A DNA stretch of 64,000 nt from Octopus vulgaris. Its lineage: Eukaryota. Shown in pieces: positions 54,265-64,000 of the stretch. The position numbers and the translations under genes were made by a program. The stretch lies in assembly GCA_951406725.2 (NCBI GenBank), contig OX597816.1, forward strand, positions 105,648,001 through 105,712,000. Direction: 5' to 3'. Position 1 is the first letter of the stretch; every line of letters begins with the position of its first letter. The notes under the pieces were generated by a model that was given only the letters and a program-made list of their open reading frames with translations, was not told where the DNA came from and did not search any database.

Positions 54265-55030
54265 ATATACTCTATCCATATGGTATATTTATGCTTGACA
54301 TTTTAAATTTGGCTGCGTGCCTGCATAAGTTCATCAGCCCACTTCTTTGATTCAAAGAATTATTGTCTTTGAATAAAATATAGAGTTTTTCTAACAGGCA
54401 AAGATTGCATCTGAAATTATTTTTGTGTGCTCCATGCCTGTATGGTGCCGCTCTGTCCAGAATGCTCCATGTCACGTTGAAAGGTGGGGTTTCCTTTTCT
54501 TTTAGTTCCCAGACATATTTTGCTAGGCTGGTCCTCTTCCTATTTTCTGGGTATCTAAATGAATTTTTATGCAAATAAAATCGCGTTTTAAACGAGTTTT
54601 CTGAAGCCCCTGCATATGTCTTGTATTCCGATGAGCCTTCTATTTGTACCTTTGCTCTATAAACTACTCCTTTTACTAGACATTTCCCTTCTAACGGACA
54701 GGAGGATTCATTTTTGCAATTGCATTTCTTAATGGGCTCGGCACCAGCATAAAAATACCATATGGATAGAGTATATATTTTGTCTTCTTGTATTTTTGAT
54801 TTTGAAATTTTGATTTTAATTCTTGGACTAGTATGTAAACGCAATGATGGATTTGTTTCGCGCTATGCAGATTCCATTCCGTATAGCAAAGTCTCATGCA
54901 TGTATTTTGTTTAGATTTCTACATATTTCTTAGGAAAAACCTTTGGCTTAGTTTATTTCATGTTATTATATTATATAGGCTTACTTTGATTTTTAATTTA
55001 TAGATGATCTGAAATAGGGGGTTATATTTT
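54265..55030 (-). mobile_element. Penelope-like element 3' part with an open GIY-YIG endonuclease domain (probably Hydra-clade type)
   Basis: ORF 54272-54844: CNCKNESSCPLEGKCLVKGVVYRAKV...TYAGASENSFKTRFYLH...TSLAKYVWELK...CNLCLLEK...LNQRSGLMNLCRH; upstream sequence is decayed. Confidence 0.85.
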
Positions 55031-55953
55031 ACATGTCTTTTGTATAATTTTCATTATTACACTCACCATTTTTTTAAAAGCAATGTTGTCAAAAATTAGA
55101 ATTTTGATGTAAATATGTGTATAGCCACGAATATGTATTTGTAAGCATATGTCTCTGTGTACGTGTAAGTGAGCGTATGTTTGTGCTTAAGCACACACAT
55201 ACACGACTGTATGTGTATGTATCCACTTGAACTTGTGTGTTTGTGTACTTGCATCTCTATATGTGTCAATATACGAGGTTACACAGCTTGTATACATAAT
55301 TTTTCTTATTTCGTTTTTTTCCCCACCCCTCCTTTTTTTCTTTTTTTCCTTCCCCTCTTTTTCTTTTTTCTCTCTCTTCCTTTCTTTCGTTTTTTTCTCT
55401 AACTATACGATACATGTATAAAGTCATGCAACTTCACGCCCCCCCTCACTTACTCATGTCTTAAGCTTTGCTTCGCAAATACGAAAGATACTTAACCATC
55501 CATGATTTTAGCTTGCATGCGAACTAGATTGCATATACATATGTATACATACATTTGTGTGTATATTTTAGCTTTATATTTAAACGTCTGTATATGTATG
55601 GGGGTCACACGCATCTATTCTGTGTATGTTGATATATATGTATACTTTAATATGAATATGTATTGCTGTGTTATATTTTTAATGCATATTTTTAATGCAT
55701 TTCAATTTCCATGTATTAATTATATTTCCTTCATTAACATCAATATGTATTTTATTCAATGTAAGGTTTTTCCTCGAATTTTATAATTTTTTATAATTTT
55801 TATATATATATATATATATATACATATTTTTGAGCTCATCTTTGTTTATCGCTCGAAAATTGACCGTTATTTCTAAAGGGCCAATCAATCAAGTCCATTT
55901 TTTTTAAAGGCGTAGCGTTTGTAATAGTCTGGATAGAATTGACATATCGGTTC

Positions 55954-55988
<35 letters not shown>

Positions 55989-56073
55989 TATATATATACA
56001 TATATATACATATATATATATTGTTATATTTCGGAATGGTCATATTGCCATAAACGTACATATATATATATAA

Positions 56074-56109
<36 letters not shown>

Positions 56110-56457
56110 CCAGCATCATAATGATCTTCATTACTTTAAGACAGTTTCATCTACTAAGAGATTAGTCGCGATGGCTCAACAACAGAATCAGGCATCATGG
56201 TTTACTTTTTGAGTTGTGTTTTACAACCAGACACCCTTTCTTTCAAATATTCTTTTCTTTTCCTCTCTTGTGAAATACATGAATACAGTGTATCTATTCC
56301 AAAATAATGATGCACACACACACACATATATACGTGCTTCTGTGTTTTGTGTGTGTGTTTGTTATAATATTCACACACATATATATGTATATGCAAAGGG
56401 CAATCATTTAGGGGACGAGATATAAGATTTTTGCTTGGAGGTTCTGTTTGACGGTGT

Positions 56458-56598
<141 letters not shown>

Positions 56599-57140
56599 AA
56601 TGGAAAGTTAATTCTACTCTGCAAGGTTTGGATATCTGACAAAATTTTATATGGTAAAGTTGTTATCAGATAAATTTTGGAACAATGATGGTTGTTTCCA
56701 AAGCCTGACAGTCTCTTTTTATCTATTAGAAAGATGCTTTCCAAACCCCACACCAAGTATTATTTTCCAATATTACACTTTTAGCTATGCTTTGGTTATC
56801 TCTTGTCTGTGGTTTGGAAAAGTTATTTCTAGAATCAGGAGATGGCTTGCTTTTCCTTTATTTTATTATTTTCTTACTTTTATTTTGCCTTTCTTTTTTC
56901 TATCCTTTTTAAACTTTGGCAATATGTAGAATGTGATAAGTAATAAAGAATAGTGATATATTAGTTGTCTTTTAATTAACACATTAATAATATTGTTCCC
57001 TACTATTATTATACTATGCTTATTCAGTAATGTTATATAAAGACAAAATTTCTCAGCATGAAATTTTGCACTAGACTACATGAAAGAAAAGTGACTTTGG
57101 AGTTTATTGCACCTATAATTTTGTTAATCTATATATGCAT

Positions 57141-59170
57141 CTAAAATGTACAGTATTTCATATCCATTACAACCAGTCTTACCAGTCAGTTTCACGTTAG
57201 GTATTCAATGGAGTGTTAGGTAACAATCCAATTATGTAACCCTGCTAAGACACTGGCATTCACTAGGACCTACACTGAAGTCAGTGACAAGAACATACGC
57301 ATTATCATGCACACCAGAAGAACCCCACTCTTCAGTAAGGGGTCAGCCTAGGTCAAACAAATGCAGAAGGCTCCTTCAATGTGGCAATGGGTGACTTGTG
57401 TAACCGCATTGGTTTCTTCATCCTAGATGTACTCACGAAGAAGTTCCCTTCCCCTACCTTTGGCCTCTACAAGGATGATGCATTGGCAAAATCAAGAGGA
57501 GCAAATGGTCGCATGCTAAATAAGTTTTAATAAACTCACCAGCACCATAAACTCCCTTGGACTGAAGTTCACAATAGAACTGACCTGAAAACAGTGGATT
57601 TCTTTGATGTGACTCTGGATTGGGAGTTTGGTGCCTACAGACCCTTTAGGAAACCAAACAAGAAGCTATCATACATTAACCCAGGTTCCTGTCACCTGGC
57701 TATAGTTTTCAAGAACCTGGAGAAGGATGTCAGCAGAAGAATCTCAGCTTATCTTCAAGTAAAGAGATTTTTGATGCTGCTGCTCATACTACAATGAGGC
57801 TCTCCCCACCAGTGGTATCAAGGATAGAATTAGTTACAAACCAGGCCCTATCCCCTCCAAGAGAAAGTGCCACAGGAAAGTGCTTTGGTTCACACTGCCT
57901 TTCACTTTAAGTGTTAAAACCTGAGTAGGTAAGATTTTTCTTAGGTCAGTAGATAAGCACTTATCCTGTACAAATAGGTTCAACAAAATATCCATTAGAC
58001 ATACCTTGAGAATTTTCTTTAGCTGTGCACTCAGTGTAAAAAAAGATTTTAGTAGGTAGGCCCACACCTGAGACAAAGGCAGGATGCCCATGTAGGGGTA
58101 ACACAACATGTCCACTGAATGGCCACTGTAATATGGAGACCATTGTATATGAGGCAGAGGTAACAGTCATAGGATCAAATGGGCAACCAAATGTGCGAAA
58201 GCATGTGGGAGCAACTGAAGGCCCCTTCAGTACTTACCACGACAACCAGAAGTCCTCCTTCAACATCCCAGAGAGACATAACACCACAACCCTAACCAAG
58301 CACATTTGGTCTTTGAAATAAAATACCACTGAGTACAGCATAAAGTAGATCCTAGAGAAATGTAAAATGTACTTCAATAGCAGCAGGAAGTGCAACTTAT
58401 GCCTGGCTGAGAAAAGAGCAATTTTAAAAAGCACTCAGGCATTTACCTGAATAGTAGAAGTGAAATTTTTCAGCCTTGCCCGTATGAAAGTACATTCTAT
58501 CATACCTGTGTGCCTCATCATGACTATAACCACCAGTCCCCCAACCTCAGCCCTCCACCATACCCTGGAGTCCGGCAAAGAGTTTGACCAGACACACCCT
58601 CAAACAGCATACTCCAGCATGGTGGGCACCTATGCAATAGACTGTTTTCCACCACTTCCAGTATAAACTCCCACACACATCGTATCCCTACACACACCAC
58701 ATGCACACATAAAGACCCCACAAACTTAACCAATACATAAAAGAAAGAAAGCACACTAACAAACACAGATATGTAGGCCCACATCTCTTGCAAAGGTTAT
58801 ACTCATAGTACCACTACAGAAATTCCATTTCCACAAGAACACCAATATTAAGGACATACATATTTCCCACATACACTTCCAGAAAACTCTTACTGACTTA
58901 CAACATAACCACCCCAGCAGTGATGTTTTGGTACCAAGAGACATAACTCTTAACTCAATCCCCTGCTCATTTAATTTCATTATCTTTTTCACAGCAACCA
59001 CATGTGTCTATTTATCTCTAACAAAGCAGTCACCATATTTCATTCCATATTGGCTACCTATGATGAGCACAGGGTTACATAATCGGATTGTTACCTAACA
59101 CACTGCTGAATCCCATGAAAGCGATTAGTAAGACTGGCTGTAATGGATATATAGTACTGTACACTTTGGA
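57141..59170 (+). mobile_element. Decayed 5'-truncated Penelope-like element (RT plus GIY-YIG) bounded by about 100-bp inverted repeats
   Basis: FNVAMG, GLYKDDAL (57462), VDFFDVTLD...YRPFRKPN..LSYINPGS, KVLWFTLP, CPLNGHC..ETIVYEAEV, HVGATEGPF, CNLCLAEK; 57141-57244 is the reverse complement of 59070-59170. Confidence 0.85.
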
Positions 59171-59257
59171 TAATATACCCACTCTATTAACAGATATATG
59201 AGTACATCTTTTCCTGAATTATGAACTCTTAGACGACTTACACACATACACATGCGC

Positions 59258-59290
<33 letters not shown>

Positions 59291-59632
59291 AAAATCTACT
59301 GTTATTGTTTATCCCTAATCAAGAAGACCTATAACCAAATTGAACAAAGATGCTGTACTATACAAAGCCCATGGTCAAGATACTTAACTTTCAATGTCCC
59401 AATAAACTTTATAATGCATTCATATCAAGAGGAAATACATATTGTTCATTGTAGAATGAAGAAACAGCATATAGAAACAAACAAGTAATTTGAAACCGCA
59501 GAGTTCTGTATTTCAAGAATTTCCATAGATTTAAAGAAACAAGTTGGCACAAACTGTTTTGTATTCAATTCAATTCTCAAGGATTTAACAAATGCACTGA
59601 ACTATCTAGCAATGGTTAAGTTGATGAGTTAT

Positions 59633-59670
<38 letters not shown>

Positions 59671-60034
59671 CGTGCGTGTGTGCATGCGTGTGTGCATGCA
59701 TGCATGCATGTGTATTTTATTGACACTACATGATCTGTCACTGAGGCATTTAACTTTTGATGATCTTTGCTCCATTACCTTACTAATTTGGCAAGTTAAA
59801 GGTGGATTGAAGAATTTTATTAACAGTCAACTGATCAAAGATTGTTTTAAGGTAAGAAGATGGCTGTGCTTGAAGCTCTTGATATTGGGAAGATGACCAG
59901 GTCAATTTGGTGTAAAAGGTACATCTAAGATAACTCTACATGCATACATACTCACACATCTATACTTCTGTGCAAATTATATCACAGAAACTTAATCATT
60001 TCTGAACAATCCAAACTGACAATTATTTTATTAA

Positions 60035-60254
60035 CCCTTTAGCATTCAGATTATTCTGTAAAATGTAAAGCTTATGTATTCACACCATGTAAAATTAATC
60101 TTGCATCATTTCATGGCTTTGAGATTTCAATGATGTGATTGTTTATTTTTAAAATGACACAATAAGGTAGCTATGAATGACCATATCTGACTAGTTTGAA
60201 CATAAAATAGGTAGAATATTTTGGCCGGATATGGCCGGTTTAAACACTAAAGGG
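60035..60254. mobile_element. piggyBac-like MITE
   Basis: TTAA|ccctttagcatt ... aacactaaaggg terminal inverted repeats; right TTAA is degraded; homologous to 1-164. Confidence 0.65.
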
Positions 60255-60414
60255 ATGTAGCAAAACTAAGAAAATTAATTCTGCATCTATGATACAAATA
60301 CATTAATGTAGTTGTTGCTGCATTAGTCACTGCTCTGATTATGCAAACATATAACCAACAGCATTTAAGTCTTCTCTCAATCTATGTATGATCCAAAACT
60401 ACATTATCCAATGT

Positions 60415-60456
<42 letters not shown>

Positions 60457-62735
60457 TGGTAGGATGTGGCTTGAGGAATATTTAGCTGCTACTCCTAATA
60501 AGTTATGCAACCACGGAAATGCTCCTCCATTAGTTCACAAGTATATTAATTATATTGAAAGTTATTATGAGTTTTATATATTGCGATCATTAGAAATATC
60601 TTATGGTCATGGGTGAGTGAAGAGCTTCATGTGGGGTCTTCAGTGTAGCACAATCAGCATCCTACAATATTCAAATTAAGGACAAAATGTTTAATTATTC
60701 ATGTTCACAACAAATGCAGAAGTGCTATGGATGTAATCCTAATCAAATTCTCCATGTGTAATATCTCCTTAACCAGGATGCAGGACATGAAGTTGCTATT
60801 GAATGAGAAACTGGCTAACTCTGTGCAGCTGATCTCATTAAGCAAACCTGTCCAAAGCTATTTGACAATAATATATTATTTGCTATCATTGTTAGAACTA
60901 AAGTTTATAAATTCAGCAAGTCTATCAGCTAAGAGAGAAGATAGAATGAAGGTTGGAAACAGAACCTTAATAAGCCGAATTATGCTATGTAACAAAGTTA
61001 AGTAGTGACCACTTTTATTATGCAACCTCTATTTAGAACAAAATTGACTCTCTTTTGTTTATGGCCAACAGTGATTTCAAGCAATGAATTAACAAGTATC
61101 ATCTATTTCATTTAATTCTGCACTATTGATTATATTCTGGTATATATATATATATATATATATATGTATGCGTGTGTATGTGAAGCCACTATATTGCAAG
61201 AAGTAAATGGATTCGTTTTGAACAATACTAGATTTTAGACTGGTGTAAACATGCACTAACATACACACATGCACATACAAATAAATATGTGATGGGTTTC
61301 ATTACAATTTCCGTCCTCCAAATTTCACTCACAAATTACTGCTTAACTTAAAACCATAGTAGAAGCAGTAGATACAAACCCAGAACCAAACAGATACAAA
61401 GCAAACATCTTAACCACATAGTCATGTTGAAGCTCCAGTTTTTCTATTATTTTTATTATTATTACTATTTATTTATTTATTTATTTATTATCTTGTTCAA
61501 TGAAATGTAGAAGTCATTTTTGCTAAAAGCAACCAATTCCAATTGGTTATCTTCAAAGTTTGCTCAGAAAGCAATCTAGTTTTATATATTTGGCCTGATG
61601 TTGACACATTGCTTTATTTAGGGATAGTTCTTTTAAATATGACCATCATCAGGTGATTCAGACAGCAGCGGCAGCAGAATTAAATCAATAAAGGAACTGA
61701 GTCAATGGGCACAAGAACTTGAGTTAAATGTGCTATTATCATGCAGCAGAATGCTGTATTAAGTAAGACAGTATATACTGAATAACATAGGCTAATAGCT
61801 ACATTGTAAGCAGCCAGTATCATAGTTTACAACTAGGCTGTTTGTTTTGAAGAAGGCAGGGTTTTCTTACTACTAGTATATTTCACTATAGATCCTTGTC
61901 TTGAATGCATACAAAAATGTACACAATGAATACATACAGAAACACACACAAAAGCATTTACACTCACACAGACATAATCTCAGCTTAAATAGTGAGAAGG
62001 CAACAATAACCACTGCTAGTGTCTTTATGCCTTTACGGCATCATACTTGTTGTTGTATTACTAACAGTATAAATAATTCATTATTGTCTCTGTTTTGCTG
62101 TTACCACTGATGCTACAAGCACCAGTAATAATCCCCATACCTTATGTAATCTGTCTTTATAATATCCACTGTATTTGATGTCCCCATGGCAAATAAATAA
62201 AACTAATAATAATACTGACAAATTTTTTTTTTATTTTGTCATAAAGCCATGAAAAATATGTAAAACAATGAAGGAAATTAAATTCAAGGGGAAGATAAGA
62301 AGGGACAGGATTCAACAAGATATTTGAAAGCATAAGTATAAAATACAGCTGATACTGCAACAGCTGATGTCACTGCAGCTGATGTTGCTTCTGCTGCTGC
62401 TGCTAATGGTGATGATGACTAGTGTTGCTGTTAACTGTTTCATCATGATCATAATCATGATCATCGTTTTAACGTCCACTTTTCCATGCTTGCATAGGTC
62501 AGTCAGAATCTATTGAGGTAGATTTTTTTTTGCCCTTCCTGTTGCCGACCTTTACATGTTTCCAAGCAAGGTATTATTTTCCGTAAGCCCATATGAAAGG
62601 TTCTTTCATGGTAAATAATACAGTATTTTGTGTTCTAACACAACATCCACTTTTGAGTGGGGATAAATATAATCTTTCAGTATTGATATTGCTTTTGTCA
62701 CTATTAATTATATATATATGTATGTATGTATACTT

Positions 62736-62777
<42 letters not shown>

Positions 62778-62991
62778 GATGATGATGATGATATATATAT
62801 ATATTTATTTATTTATTATGGTAGTTTTGATTTTAAGAGTCCCTCCTAGCATGAGGCATTTATGTATAGTAATGCCCTTAATATAAATAAATATATTTAA
62901 GAGGAAAATTTTATGGATCTTTCCCTTATGAGATTTTTCACGCTAACTACTTGATAAATTCTTATAAAGATTTTATCATAATTATCAATTG

Positions 62992-63055
<64 letters not shown>

Positions 63056-63545
63056 CATACTCACATATGCATACACACATAGACATAAACAAACAAACAA
63101 CACACATACAATACTCACACATGCATATATACATATCTGTGTCCTTAGAGCACAAGACTTAAAAGTCCACTCACATTCTATCCAGCCAGCTAGTATGTTG
63201 TTATTTAGAGCAATCAGCTGAAATATTTAAGGGCATCCCTTAAGGACTTTCCATACCAAACAGTTTATTTTTCCAACTGACAAAGAACAGGATTTGAACA
63301 CAGAATGAATAGAGTCAAATCTGAACCCAGAGCACAAAGAGTCAGAGCAAATATTGCAAGGCATTCTCTTTAATGCTCCATTGACTCTGCTAATTTGGAC
63401 CCTAATGAGTGTATGTATGTGTGTGTATTTTTATCTGTATGTCAAAGTGTGTATTTGCATCTTTGTGTGTGTGTGTGTGTATTTGCACCTCTGTGCGTAT
63501 TTGTATCAGTGTACATGTGTTTGCATCTGTGTGTATGTGAGCTTG

Positions 63546-63589
<44 letters not shown>

Positions 63590-64000
63590 AATGCACGTGC
63601 TTGCATCTGCATGTGTATTTGTTTCTGTGTGTACATACATATTTGTGTGTTTATATCTTTTGACATGTATAACTGAAAGATATAATCATCAATGAAAAAC
63701 AACTGCTGTTCAAATTCATTGAGTTACAGAAGCTTCCTTTCCATCCTTGTTGTCAAAATGCAGTGAAACAGAGAATGGCCAGTTGGAAAACTAACCAACA
63801 ATGCTATTGTCCACAAATTGCAGTGCAGAACAAACAAATAAGTGAATAAAAGATAGATAGATCCACATTACTCAGGGAAGATGTTGCAATGATGGGACAA
63901 TTTGTTGACATGCAGTGGTTCTTATGTATCAAGCAAAATCAGAAATACAGAATTAAGAGCATTACTCAAGTGAACAATAAACACATACAAAAGAACAAAA

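Noticed and set aside
55821-56340. Partial GAAA-containing motifs in TA-delimited islands
   Set aside because: No complete core-plus-stems topology could be assembled.

Overview
AT-rich, microsatellite-dense animal genomic DNA. The SINE/LINE repertoire looks like an octopus (coleoid cephalopod) genome, which is an inference from repeat recognition. It has one 100-N scaffold gap and no confidently identifiable host gene, so it is probably a long intron or intergenic region. The recognisable coding remnants are all transposon-derived: two Helitron PIF1-helicase fragments with intact 3' hairpin+CTAG ends, a full-length mariner with TIRs, a second Tc1/mariner-superfamily fragment, RTE and CR1/L2-type LINE pieces, and three Penelope-like elements (PLEs) with GIY-YIG endonucleases. 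The most interesting signal is about eight type I hammerhead-ribozyme-like motifs, read by eye, in short inserts next to (TA)n tracts. Their cores show compensatory variation at the 3-8 pair (C-G, U-A, G-C). Other notable items are a very young inverted PLE pair in which one arm has lost the ribozyme, and a 31-bp inverted repeat that brackets a PLE endonuclease domain. Repeat boundaries are approximate, and no folding or database searches were run.
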